From Parcubacteria group bacterium (GTDB lineage: Bacteria; Patescibacteriota; Minisyncoccia; Phycocordibacterales; UBA2100), in assembly GCA_943358385.1 (NCBI GenBank), contig CALRGX010000003.1, forward strand, positions 2,771 through 66,770: a stretch of 64,000 bases of DNA, written 5' to 3'. Position numbers and translations under genes: made by a program. Within the stretch, counting starts at the first letter, position 1. Every line of letters begins with the position of its first letter. The notes below the pieces were generated by a model. The model did not search any database and was not told where the DNA came from. It saw only the letters and a list, made by a program, of their open reading frames with translations. Shown piece by piece: positions 10,278 through 19,911 of this stretch.

Positions 10278-11852
10278 ATGTTCTGGCCCGACAAACACCT
10301 CACCGCTATTTCCGAGCGTTTTGCAAAAGACATTGCCGCTAAGCGGCAACTCGTCATTCGTGACGAAAAGACGGCGAGTGGGCGGGTGCATATTGGGTCC
10401 ATGCGTGGTGTTGCTATCCATGGTCTCGTTTCCGATGTGTTGAAAACGCAGGGGCTCGATGTGGTTTTTCGTTATGAAATCAACGACTTCGATCCAATGG
10501 ACGGTATACCTGCAGAACTGCCTGCTGAAGAATGGGGAAAATATTTGGGTTTGCCACTTAATAAAGTGCCATCACCAGATGGTATCGCCGAAAACTTTGC
10601 CGAGTTTTATGCTGCTGAATTTAAAACGGTCATTGCTGAGGCAGGATTTACACCAGAGTACTATCGCGCGAGCGAGCTCTATCTTTCCGGGCGCATGAAC
10701 GACGTCATCAAAATGGCGATCGAGCGTGCAGAAGATATCCGCCGTATCTACAAAGACATATCGGGCTCTACCAAGGAAGGTGCGTGGCTACCTATTTCGA
10801 TGGTGTGTACGCAGTGCGGCAAAGTGGGCACTACTCAGGCAGATGCATGGGATGGCACCAAGGTGCACTACCGTTGCACCAAGGGTCCCGGTGGGGCAGA
10901 GGGTTGTGGCTTTGAAGGCGAGAACGAGCCATGGGATGGTAAGGCAAAATTACCGTGGAAAGTGGAATGGCCTGCAAAGTGGAAAGTGGTGGGCGTTGAT
11001 ATAGAAGGCGCAGGTAAAGATCACAGCACCAAAGGTGGCGCGCGTGATGTCGCAAACAAAATCGCACAAGAAGTATTCGGCATGACATCGCCCTACGACA
11101 TGCCCTATGAATTTTTCCTCGACAAGGATGGCAAGAAAATGTCGTCATCAAAAGGTCGCGGTGTTTCATCGCGAGAAATTGCCGATAATTTTCCACCCAT
11201 CATTCTGCGCCTGGCCTTGATGGGGAAGGACCCTGTGCAGCAAACCTCAATTGATCCTGAAGGAGAGCTTTTGGCACTTCTCTACGATTGGCACGACAAA
11301 ATTGCAGAAAAGTATTGGAGTGGTGTTGCTGATGACGATGCGCGACTGTTCGAGCTTTTGTATCATGGCAAACCGCCAGAGCGTATGTATCTGCCGCGGT
11401 TTTCAGTGGTGACTTTTGTGTGCCAGATGACCCACCTTGATCCCATTGTGGAATTTGCGGCACTTAAGGAAGCAACACTTACACCCGACGAGGAGCGTGA
11501 ATTAACCGAGCGCATTATTTTTGCTAAGCGCTGGCTCTCGACCTACGCGCCAGATAAATACAAGTACATTTTGCAAAGCACGCTCCCCGACATGGCCGCA
11601 ACTCTAAGTGACATTCAAAAGTTGGCGCTCAAGGAAGTGTTTGCGTTTGTCGAAGGGCGCGAAAGTGTCGACGGTCCGACTTTTCACGCGGCACTACACG
11701 ACATCAAGACGAGACTCAACATCCCCCCAAAAGATTTCTTTGCCGCGCTGTACATCATTTTCCTCGGGCGGGATTCAGGGCCACAGGCAGGCTGGTTCCT
11801 CTCTACGTTAGACCGAGCATTTCTCGTCAAACGCTTGAGCGAGGCGGTGTAG
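10278..11852 (+). CDS. lysS: Class I lysyl-tRNA synthetase
   Basis: SGRVHIGS (HIGH-like), KMSSSKG (KMSKS-like), KLPWKVEWP, GKDH. Confidence 0.95.
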   Translation: MFWPDKHLTAISERFAKDIAAKRQLVIRDEKTASGRVHIGSMRGVAIHGLVSDVLKTQGLDVVFRYEINDFDPMDGIPAELPAEEWGKYLGLPLNKVPSPDGIAENFAEFYAAEFKTVIAEAGFTPEYYRASELYLSGRMNDVIKMAIERAEDIRRIYKDISGSTKEGAWLPISMVCTQCGKVGTTQADAWDGTKVHYRCTKGPGGAEGCGFEGENEPWDGKAKLPWKVEWPAKWKVVGVDIEGAGKDHSTKGGARDVANKIAQEVFGMTSPYDMPYEFFLDKDGKKMSSSKGRGVSSREIADNFPPIILRLALMGKDPVQQTSIDPEGELLALLYDWHDKIAEKYWSGVADDDARLFELLYHGKPPERMYLPRFSVVTFVCQMTHLDPIVEFAALKEATLTPDEERELTERIIFAKRWLSTYAPDKYKYILQSTLPDMAATLSDIQKLALKEVFAFVEGRESVDGPTFHAALHDIKTRLNIPPKDFFAALYIIFLGRDSGPQAGWFLSTLDRAFLVKRLSEAV

Positions 11853-11900
11853 GACTTTGTGTGAGTGCTGTGCAGAGTAGCCGGCGTGTCGACAAAAGAG

Positions 11901-11927
11901 AACAGCCGACACTCTGTGTCGGCTGTT
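11901..11927. terminator. Bidirectional terminator-like hairpin
   Basis: AACAGCCGACAC-tct-GTGTCGGCTGTT between convergent genes. Confidence 0.65.
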
Positions 11928-11939
11928 AATTTTTTTGCG

Positions 11940-12275
11940 TCATGAAGAGCGCAAGATGGTGGAGCGAACTCTGTAGGAGAATCCTTCGTGCTCGTCTGTG
12001 TATACCACTTTGATGACCGTGAGGTAGAAAGGTGTCAGGCCAATACCTTTGAGGTGGACCATAACCTTTTTCTCTCCGCCGACATCTGAGTACTCTTTGA
12101 GGATGCCGTCTCGCACCTCGCAGACCACACGACCCACTTCTGCGTTTAGTCGTTTTGCAGCCTTAGTAGGATGCAGACCAACTTTAGCCAAGTGCGGGAT
12201 GGCCTGTTCCACATACGCTGCACTGCTAAAAATTAATTCGCAAAAGCGTTGTCCGCGCATTGCGTCGCTGAACAT
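11940..12275 (-). CDS. Hypothetical protein
   Basis: AGGAG SD before the ATG at 12275; ends near the hairpin. Confidence 0.55.
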   Translation of the reverse strand: MFSDAMRGQRFCELIFSSAAYVEQAIPHLAKVGLHPTKAAKRLNAEVGRVVCEVRDGILKEYSDVGGEKKVMVHLKGIGLTPFYLTVIKVVYTDEHEGFSYRVRSTILRSS

Positions 12276-12439
12276 GGGTGTCTCCTGTGTCCTTTTACTG
12301 CCGAGAGAATAGCATGGTGCGCGTTGTTTTTTATACATGATGCCCTTGCCGCACAGGGTATAGACATATAGTAAAAGCGTGGTATTATCCATCTCGGTGA
12401 GCAAAAAGCTCCCGTGTGACGCTTGAAAGAGGTTATCTT

Positions 12440-12718
12440 ATGTCCATCTATCACCAGTACAAAGAAGTGCGTCGCGCCGCCCATAGCCCTCGCGAAGAGG
12501 GTGAGATGGTCGGCCACGTGGTCGGAAAGACATTGATCGCCACTGTTGCGACCATCGCTCTCGGCGTGGCGGTCGTCATGTTTGTCACAGATTCGAAGCC
12601 GTGGGCAGGGCCGCTCATTATCGGCTGCGCTCTCTTGGGCATCGTCGTTGGCGGCATGTGGGGCATGCGCACGGTTGTGCGCAAGTACACCCGCGTCGGC
12701 GGCACGACCACCGCGTAG
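12440..12718 (+). CDS. Hypothetical two-transmembrane protein
   Basis: GAGG SD; two hydrophobic helices. Confidence 0.6.
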   Translation: MSIYHQYKEVRRAAHSPREEGEMVGHVVGKTLIATVATIALGVAVVMFVTDSKPWAGPLIIGCALLGIVVGGMWGMRTVVRKYTRVGGTTTA

Positions 12719-12859
12719 TGCCAATCGGTCGCTCGTAATTCTTGGCCCCACAGCATTCGCTGTGGGGCCTTCATCGTTTGTACATAGACGCCGGGATGTG
12801 CACAGAGGGTACTTCCATGCGCGATATACTGCAGTCATGGATAATAACTGTGCGCGCAT

Positions 12860-13576
12860 ATGATTTCTGGAGCATCACTCTCGGTGGCACTTTTGGCGGG
12901 TCTGGTCTCCTTTCTTTCACCTTGTGTTTTGCCGATTGTGCCGGGGTTTCTCGCATATCTGGCAGGTAGCACTACGCACGGTGTGCCGAGCCGCAGCAAG
13001 ACATTCGTCGCCAGTCTCTTTTTTGTGTCTGGGTTTTCAATCGTATTTGCAGTGATTGGAGTCCTCTTGAATACGATACTTTCCCAGATTGCCTACGATG
13101 CGCAGATATGGCTATCGCGCATCGGCGGCATGGTCATTATTTTTTTCGGTCTGTATCTGACAGGTATTATTCGCGTACGCTTTCTGGACCGGCCGCATAC
13201 GATAAAGGTGCGCACACTGTTTGGTTCGCGCGAGCTTACTGCATTTGCCTTTGGTGCAGCATTTGCGGCAGGGTGGACGCCGTGTGTGGGGGCTGCGCTC
13301 GGCGCGATTCTGGGGCTTGCCGCAAGTGAGCCCGCTGCCGCTTTCGCTCTTTTGATGGCATATGCACTAGGTCTCGGTGTGCCGTTTTTGCTCATCGGAC
13401 TGTTTGCGGGGGAATCAGGGGCATGGCTTTCACGCTGGGGAACAGTCGCGCGTTATGCGACGATCGCATTTGGATTGCTCTTGATAGGAGTTGGCTTGCT
13501 CATTTTCACCCAGCAGCTGGCAGCATTCGGCAACTTCGATTTTCTCACCAAGATGCTGTATATATTGCCTATATGA
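12860..13576 (+). CDS. ccdA: Cytochrome c biogenesis CcdA/DsbD-type membrane protein
   Basis: SFLSPCVLP and GWTPCVG motifs. Confidence 0.92.
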   Translation: MISGASLSVALLAGLVSFLSPCVLPIVPGFLAYLAGSTTHGVPSRSKTFVASLFFVSGFSIVFAVIGVLLNTILSQIAYDAQIWLSRIGGMVIIFFGLYLTGIIRVRFLDRPHTIKVRTLFGSRELTAFAFGAAFAAGWTPCVGAALGAILGLAASEPAAAFALLMAYALGLGVPFLLIGLFAGESGAWLSRWGTVARYATIAFGLLLIGVGLLIFTQQLAAFGNFDFLTKMLYILPI

Positions 13577-14328
13577 ATACGTTTAGAACATTGAACACAC
13601 CGATGCAGGTACTGGCTGCAGTACTGGGTGTTGCACTACTTGGCGTTGTTGTGTTTTATCTCGGCAAGGACTCACCGCAGGATACGCCCCGCAAAGATGC
13701 ACCGACGATAGAAGTGCCGGTGCCTATTGTGCCCAACACACAGAAAGGAGCGCAGTACCCCACGGCAAAAGAATTGGAAGGTATCGCTGGCTACATCAAT
13801 AGCCCGAGTGCTGATGGTGGAGATACGCCCTTCAGAATCGCTGACTGGGTAGGGCGACGAGTGATCCTGCTTCAGTTCTGGAGTGCCAACTGCACGAATT
13901 GCAAACGAGTCCAGCCCTACATGAATGCGTGGCATGACAACTATAAAGAGAAGGGGCTGCTGACGATTGGTGTGCACACCCCCATAACACCAGAAGGAAG
14001 AGTATATGGGGTGGTGTCAGATGCGGTGCGGAATGAGCGTATTACCTACCCTGTCGTGGTGGACTCTGATTTCAAAACATGGGACGCGTATGAAAACGAC
14101 GCGTGGCCGCACCTGTATCTGATCGATACTGATGGATACGTGGTGTACGAGCACGTGGGCGAAGATGCGTACCTGGAAACGGAAATGAAGATACGCGAGC
14201 TTCTGATGGAACACGCTCAAAAACGAGGAAACCCGTTGCCCATATTGAATATGATCCCGAAAGAATCTCCTGCGGGAGAGGTAACGCGCGATCCGAGTGA
14301 TCCGGGCTACATAATGCGTGGTCAATAA
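13573..14328 (+). CDS. Membrane-anchored thioredoxin-like redoxin (TlpA/DipZ-type)
   Basis: FWSANCTNC (CxxC), IGVHTP, AWPHLYLID; ATGA overlap with ccdA. Confidence 0.85.
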   Translation: MNTFRTLNTPMQVLAAVLGVALLGVVVFYLGKDSPQDTPRKDAPTIEVPVPIVPNTQKGAQYPTAKELEGIAGYINSPSADGGDTPFRIADWVGRRVILLQFWSANCTNCKRVQPYMNAWHDNYKEKGLLTIGVHTPITPEGRVYGVVSDAVRNERITYPVVVDSDFKTWDAYENDAWPHLYLIDTDGYVVYEHVGEDAYLETEMKIRELLMEHAQKRGNPLPILNMIPKESPAGEVTRDPSDPGYIMRGQ

Positions 14329-14398
14329 TCCATTCGGCGTTTCGCTTTGTGTCGGGCTGTGATAAAACGGTACACGGCAGGAACAGAGGAGAACAGGC

Positions 14399-15043
14399 AT
14401 GCACAGGGCACTGTATTGCACCGTCGAGGACACCTTGGCAGAAATCGAGTCGAGAAATCGTGATGGTATCGAGCAAGGAAAGGTTTGCAACGTGGCACGG
14501 GCGCATGCGCTCCCGCTTCCTATTGACGGGATGGTCTTGTTACTAACTGCACTCGGCCATGACCGTTTTGAAGTGCTCGATTTGGGATGTGGTGTTGGTC
14601 GAGTGGCTGCCTATCTCATCGACCATGGAAAAGACTACACCGGGCTCGATTTTGCGCGCGGGTACTTGGACGAGGCGCGTGCATCCAACTCCGGTGTGCC
14701 TTTCGTCTGCGCCAGCATGAGTGCAATACCATTCCCTGACGAGAGTTTTGACGGTGTGTTCACTTGCTGCTCACTGCAGTACACACCAAAAATGTATGTA
14801 GGCACGGTATTGGAAAGCGTGCGCACTGTCTTACGCTCTCGCGGAGTCTTCGTGGCGATGCTTCCATACATTGGGGTGTCGTACGAGGAGATAATAGAGC
14901 GCGACGATGGATCCCAGCTGTACCACTCATGGTGGGATACGAGTGAGTTCGAGGAGGCATTGGATGCTACCGGCTTTTTTGTCGCAAACTCATGGGTCGC
15001 AGAACTCGATGGGACCAGCTACTTTCTCGCCATAAAGCGCTAG
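14399..15043 (+). CDS. Class I SAM-dependent methyltransferase
   Basis: VLDLGCGVG, PFPDESFDGV. Confidence 0.85.
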   Translation: MHRALYCTVEDTLAEIESRNRDGIEQGKVCNVARAHALPLPIDGMVLLLTALGHDRFEVLDLGCGVGRVAAYLIDHGKDYTGLDFARGYLDEARASNSGVPFVCASMSAIPFPDESFDGVFTCCSLQYTPKMYVGTVLESVRTVLRSRGVFVAMLPYIGVSYEEIIERDDGSQLYHSWWDTSEFEEALDATGFFVANSWVAELDGTSYFLAIKR

Positions 15044-15221
15044 ACGTCAGCGAAGCAAATGGAAAGAAACGACCTCTTAGACCGTGCAGTGAGGCTGTGT
15101 ACAACCTTCCTTGCCCCCCGCTACAGCGGGGGGTATCGTTTATGCATTATCTACTTAATCGTCGTACATCCACGCACGGTATTGGTTTACCGTGCGTGGG
15201 CGTGCAATCAAAAAATACGAC

Positions 15222-15620
15222 ATGAACAGCTTTCTTAATGAGTGGGGTGCGCTTATCGCTCGCGTTTTTCTTTCGGCCCTCTTTATCGTTGGAGGTGCAG
15301 GTATGGCCATGAACTTTGGAGGTACTGCAGGGTTCCTGGGGTCACTTACACCAGTGCCGGGAGTGGTTATGGCGGCACTAGCAATACTCTTCAAGCTTGG
15401 TGGTGGTCTCGCTCTTCTCGTAGGTTGGAAGGCTCGTGAAGCTGCGTGGGCGCTTATTGCCTTCACGCTCGCTACGATTCTCTTGGCGCACATGAACTGG
15501 TCAGATCAGAATCAGATGACCCAGGCACTCAAGAACCTTGCCATCATTGGCGGTCTCTTGATGGTGGTGATTCATGGAGTAGGCAGCAAAGTGTTGGGCA
15601 GCAAATCAGGAGCGATGTAG
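15222..15620 (+). CDS. DoxX family membrane protein
   Basis: LIARVFLSALF, GGLALLVG, KNLAIIGGLL. Confidence 0.88.
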   Translation: MNSFLNEWGALIARVFLSALFIVGGAGMAMNFGGTAGFLGSLTPVPGVVMAALAILFKLGGGLALLVGWKAREAAWALIAFTLATILLAHMNWSDQNQMTQALKNLAIIGGLLMVVIHGVGSKVLGSKSGAM

Positions 15621-15680
15621 TAGTGCTTTTTCAACACAAAGTGCCCGCCTCCGGCGGGCACTTTGTGTTATGCTGAATCT

Positions 15681-16145
15681 ATGACAGAAAAGGGACACGT
15701 ATCCAAAGATCAGGCACTGTGGAATGCAGTCGCGACATTTGCGTTCGTCACGCTCGTGATTTTGGGTTTTGGACTCCTCACTCATGGCGGCAGGTTCACC
15801 AAGATTTTGTACTACATCGATTTCTTCGACGTCCTCATTATGGGGTTGGCGACGTTCCGAATCATTCGTCTGATCACCTACGACAAGATATTTTCCTTTG
15901 TGCGTGAGTTCTTTTTGCACGAAGTGGAGGGTGTATATGTAAAGCGTGATGGTGGCTTCAAGCGACTGGTATCAGAATTAATAGAATGTATGTGGTGCAC
16001 CGGCTTGTGGGCAGGGCTTTTCGTTTTCGTCGCGTATCTGGCGAATCCAGTGGGCACATTCCTCGTATATATCTTGGCCATCGCGGCCTTGGGGTCTTTC
16101 TTTCAAAATGTTTCAAAGGCGGTCGCTAGCACTTTTGAGAAATAG
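15681..16145 (+). CDS. DUF1360-like membrane protein
   Basis: LATFRIIRLITYD and ELIECMWCTGLW motifs. Confidence 0.75.
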   Translation: MTEKGHVSKDQALWNAVATFAFVTLVILGFGLLTHGGRFTKILYYIDFFDVLIMGLATFRIIRLITYDKIFSFVREFFLHEVEGVYVKRDGGFKRLVSELIECMWCTGLWAGLFVFVAYLANPVGTFLVYILAIAALGSFFQNVSKAVASTFEK

Positions 16146-16150
16146 AGCAT

Positions 16151-17536
16151 ATGGCGCGATACCAGCGCGCGCTGTTCTTATTTCGGCGTGATTTTAGATT
16201 GGAAGACAACACAGCACTGAATGCGGCTTTTAAGGATGCGGAAGAGGTGGTGTGTGCTTTTATCTTGGACGAGCGGCAAGTGAGTAAGCAAAATCCATAC
16301 GCGGGCGAGCACCTGCTGCAATTTATGGCAGAGAGTTTGATGGAAGTCGACGCTGAGCTGCAATTAAAAAAAGGGCGCCTGCACGTGTGGAACGGCATTG
16401 CAGAAGCAATTATTCCACGTCTCGCGCGCGAGGCCTCATGCCAGGCGGTGTATGTTAATCGTGACTACACGCCGTTTGCGCAGATGCGCGACGAAGCGAT
16501 TATGCAGGCATGTACTGCAGTCGGAGTAGTAATGCATACGTATGATGATGCTCTTTTGGTTGCCCCTGGAAAAGTACTTACGCAGAAAATAGAGCCATAC
16601 AGCGTCTTCACCCCTTTTTATCGCGCAGCAAGAACGGGGATGGTGCCGCACCCTGAAACGGCAGAGGGTAAGTACGCTGCGCTGCCAAGCGGTGCCGATG
16701 GTGGCGAGGCGCTCCTTGCACCATTCTTGCGCAACAAAATACTAGCTGCTCGCGGAGGGCGCGCAGCAGTACGCGCCGTACTCGATGATGTTGGACGACA
16801 TACACACTACAGCTATGAGCGTGACATGGTGGCGCACGCGGGTACCACGCTACTCTCGCCATACTTAAAGCACGGGTGCGTTTCAGTGCGTGAAGCGTAT
16901 TGGGCAATGAGAGAGCAGCTGCCGCACACGTATGAGCCGCTCACGCGGCAATTGTACTGGCGTGATTTTTTCACACACCTCGTGTTTTTCCATCCTGAAG
17001 TGCTGGGGAAAGCATTCAAGCCACAGTACGACCGCGTGCGATGGGACGAGCCAGGAGAAAATTTTGAACGCTGGAAGAAGGGCGAGACGGGTTTTCCAAT
17101 TGTGGATGCAGGCATGCGCCAGTTGAATGAAAGTGGGTGGATGCACAATCGCGCGCGCATGATTACTGCCAGTTTCCTTGTAAAAGATCTACACATAGAT
17201 TGGCGTGAAGGCGAGCGCTATTTTGCCACCAAACTCATCGACTACGACCCGGCAGTGAACAACGGTTCGTGGCAATGGGTAGCCGGAACAGGTGCAGATG
17301 CGGCGCCATACTTCCGCATTTTCAACCCCTGGTTGCAGCAGAAAAAATTTGATCCTGATGCTCTCTATATAAAGCGGTGGGTACCTGAGCTTGAGAGTGT
17401 GCCCATTAGTGATATTCACACATGGGACAAAAAGGCAGGCGGCCTCTTCGAGGCCGCCCTGTACCCTGCGCCCATGCTTGATCATCGCGAAGAAGCAGAA
17501 GAGGCTAAGCGCCGATTTGGTAAAGCGTTGAAGTAG
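16151..17536 (+). CDS. phrB: Deoxyribodipyrimidine photolyase
   Basis: FRRDFRLEDN, LSPYLKHG, WMHNRARM, NNGSWQW, FRIFNP. Confidence 0.95.
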   Translation: MARYQRALFLFRRDFRLEDNTALNAAFKDAEEVVCAFILDERQVSKQNPYAGEHLLQFMAESLMEVDAELQLKKGRLHVWNGIAEAIIPRLAREASCQAVYVNRDYTPFAQMRDEAIMQACTAVGVVMHTYDDALLVAPGKVLTQKIEPYSVFTPFYRAARTGMVPHPETAEGKYAALPSGADGGEALLAPFLRNKILAARGGRAAVRAVLDDVGRHTHYSYERDMVAHAGTTLLSPYLKHGCVSVREAYWAMREQLPHTYEPLTRQLYWRDFFTHLVFFHPEVLGKAFKPQYDRVRWDEPGENFERWKKGETGFPIVDAGMRQLNESGWMHNRARMITASFLVKDLHIDWREGERYFATKLIDYDPAVNNGSWQWVAGTGADAAPYFRIFNPWLQQKKFDPDALYIKRWVPELESVPISDIHTWDKKAGGLFEAALYPAPMLDHREEAEEAKRRFGKALK

Positions 17537-17603
17537 CGCACGGAATACGATAGGGTGCAGACAGAGACGGTATTGGCCGTTGGACGTTGAGGAGGAAAGA
17601 GAG

Positions 17604-18644
17604 ATGCTCGATAAACTTTTGGCAGATGCTGAGGCGCTGAGGACTGAGGTGCAGACCGATGCAGCCACGAGCCAGCAAAAACTGGCTGCTGCGTGTGCGG
17701 CTGTCCGTGCAGCAATCACAGGTGGAGAGACCACCGGCAGTCCTATCAAGGATGTGCTGTGTATGCGCGTGAGCCGTCTTGATTCCACGATGCTGGCGCA
17801 GTACGAAGCAATCGATGCGGCACTCAAAGGGAAAGTAGGGCAGTTAGTGTTGGTGGCGTTTGATGAAAGCGTGCGCACGAAGCATACGTTTACCGGCCAC
17901 GGGAACGAATACACGGTGATGCGTAAAGGTATACTGGGCGTACTTGCACGAGATGCGTTGCAGAGAAGTACGGACCTCACCAAGCACACACTATCGATCC
18001 CTACGAGCATGTTCGCCAGCCTAGGAGAGTACTCACTCACCGTGCAGCAAGGAGCGATTAGTGAAGGCTCATACTCGTTCAACTGGGGAACGTTTGTTGC
18101 AGACCCTAACGAGATGCCGTACTACCGCATGCATGAAGGGTCATGCGTGCCAAACGTTCAGGTGATCGCAGGGAATGCAGAAGTACTGGCGTACGTTGAG
18201 AAGCGCGCCTTTTCTTTGGGCTGCCTCAGCATCGACGTGGTGTTGCGTGCCAGTCTGCTCTTTCACATGAATATACCGCTCACTGATCGAATCATCGCTG
18301 CATATGAAAGCACGGTCGCCTTGGATTGCGCGCGGCTCACCGGTTTGCGTAGGGAAGCAGAATACGTCAGTGCGACCTTGGCTGACTTGCGCCGTGCTCG
18401 GCTGGAAAAGCAGCCGTTTATGCTGCTGGATCGGCAGACGATGCTCAACGCTCTAGATGCTGAAAAGTTTCAGCGCACTGAAAAGGAGCTCGTACGCCGC
18501 CTCGGCGAAATTCACACTGAAGTGGTGCGTGTGTTTGGTAACGGTGGCACGAGTAACGTTGGGTTGCTGCTCCCTTACTTCCATAGCCACCCCATCATTC
18601 CGTGGGCGCGCGGGTACATGTTGGAAAGTGAAATGAATAAGTAA
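17604..18644 (+). CDS. Hypothetical protein (orphan)
   Basis: Long ORF with GAGGAGG SD; terminator hairpin at 18651-18677. Confidence 0.65.
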   Translation: MLDKLLADAEALRTEVQTDAATSQQKLAAACAAVRAAITGGETTGSPIKDVLCMRVSRLDSTMLAQYEAIDAALKGKVGQLVLVAFDESVRTKHTFTGHGNEYTVMRKGILGVLARDALQRSTDLTKHTLSIPTSMFASLGEYSLTVQQGAISEGSYSFNWGTFVADPNEMPYYRMHEGSCVPNVQVIAGNAEVLAYVEKRAFSLGCLSIDVVLRASLLFHMNIPLTDRIIAAYESTVALDCARLTGLRREAEYVSATLADLRRARLEKQPFMLLDRQTMLNALDAEKFQRTEKELVRRLGEIHTEVVRVFGNGGTSNVGLLLPYFHSHPIIPWARGYMLESEMNK

Positions 18645-18747
18645 GAAAACAGAGGCGGCCACGCAGTGGCCGCCTCTACCTGTTTTAATTGTGGAATGCT
18701 ACCCTGTGTGCGCGTCGTACGTGGCGCACCTATCTGCTGCATTGGGT

Positions 18748-18818
18748 CGGGGTATCGTATAGTGGTAGTACGCAAGGCTGGGGGTCTTGTAGCCCGAGTT
18801 CGATTCTCGGTACCCCGA
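18748..18818 (+). tRNA. tRNA-Pro (GGG)
   Basis: Acceptor stem CGGGGTA/TACCCCG, anticodon arm CAAGG-ctGGGgg-TCTTG, T loop GTTCGATT. Confidence 0.93.
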
Positions 18819-19097
18819 CCGAGTGCAGCGAGGGCGGGTACAGTAACCTGCCTGCGCAGGTTACGTCGAGAATCGAAGCGCCGCAGGATATGTTTGCGAG
18901 CACCACGAGCAAACATCCGAGGCGCCGTCCGAGAACGCGAGGTCTTTTGTGAGGCCATGGGCCGAAGCAAAAGCCCGCGATTCTGGGACGATGAAGGTAC
19001 CCCGACCGAGTGCAGCGAGGGCGGGTACAGTAACCTGCCTGCGCAGGTTACGTCGAGAATCGAAGCGCCGCAGGATATGTTTGCGAGCACCACGAGC
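18809..19097 (+). repeat. 102-bp perfect direct repeat (18809-18910 and 18996-19097) that starts inside the tRNA-Pro 3' end
   Basis: GGTACCCCGACCGAGTGC...GCACCACGAGC occurs twice, 187 bp apart. Confidence 0.92.
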
Positions 19098-19169
19098 GCG
19101 CATTTAATTTTGTATAAAAAAGTGGTGCCCCGCGAACGTCGCGGGGCACCGAGTTGGATGGAGTACTGT

Positions 19170-19721
19170 TTATTCTTTGCGACCCCGCTCCTTGCCGAAC
19201 ACCTTCAGAAGATTGGCTAGGTCAATGAACTCGTCGGCTTGTCGCCGGAGTTCGTCAGCCGCGAACGGTGCGGCTGGGTCTATGCTCGAGACCACGATGA
19301 CCCGTCTTCCCATGTCCTGAATTGCTTCGACGAGAGGAGTGAAGTCGGCGTTGCCGCTGAAGAGAACAATCTCGTCAACGGTAGGAGCAATCGTAATCGC
19401 CTGCACTGCCAGCAGGACATCGATCGTTCCCCTCAAGCGACGGTTCCCAGAAGTGTCGCCGCGTTCCTTCGCTAGCCGGGTCACCATGGTATAACCATTG
19501 TAATCCAGCCAGTCGAGCAATGGACGAATGCTCTGCACACCGTCCTCACCCTCCTCAACGGTCGTGAAATAGTACGACCGAAGAAGGTGGCTTCTTGCTC
19601 GGGCCCACAGCGTCAGCTTCCGGTAGTCAACATCCATGCCGAACGCTCTCGCGCAGGAATAAGTGTTGGCTCCGTCGATGAGTACAGCGCTTTTAGGCTT
19701 GTACTCTACTTTGTCGGCCAT
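19170..19721 (-). CDS. NYN domain protein (LabA/DUF88 PIN-like nuclease family)
   Basis: LIDGAN, IDVLLA, LFSGNADFTPLV, ELRRQADEFIDL; GGAGG SD. Confidence 0.9.
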   Translation of the reverse strand: MADKVEYKPKSAVLIDGANTYSCARAFGMDVDYRKLTLWARARSHLLRSYYFTTVEEGEDGVQSIRPLLDWLDYNGYTMVTRLAKERGDTSGNRRLRGTIDVLLAVQAITIAPTVDEIVLFSGNADFTPLVEAIQDMGRRVIVVSSIDPAAPFAADELRRQADEFIDLANLLKVFGKERGRKE

Positions 19722-19911
19722 GCCGACCTCCATCGCCGCTTCAATACCACCCTGGGAGGTGGCCACCTCCACAGATGTGGAGGCCGCAGACAGCGGCAAA
19801 CCTTACGTCATATGGATATTATACCACATATTAGAAATAACACAATGGACCAAAAAAGGCGTGTGCACAAAGCTTTTTTGGCACGTTTCCTCGCATGGTA
19901 CGCTGGGGGGC

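Noticed and set aside
10278-11852. Class I LysRS as a novel archaeal transfer
   Set aside because: Class I LysRS is already known from several bacterial groups, so it is not unusual in itself.
18575-19220. ORFs with internal peptide repeats spanning tRNA-Pro
   Set aside because: The peptide repeat is a by-product of the 102-bp DNA duplication and the ORFs overlap a tRNA.
19663-19911. N-terminal extension of paralog 1 in the ORF track
   Set aside because: It overlaps the divergent NYN gene and its promoter; alignment with paralog 2 supports a start near 19912.
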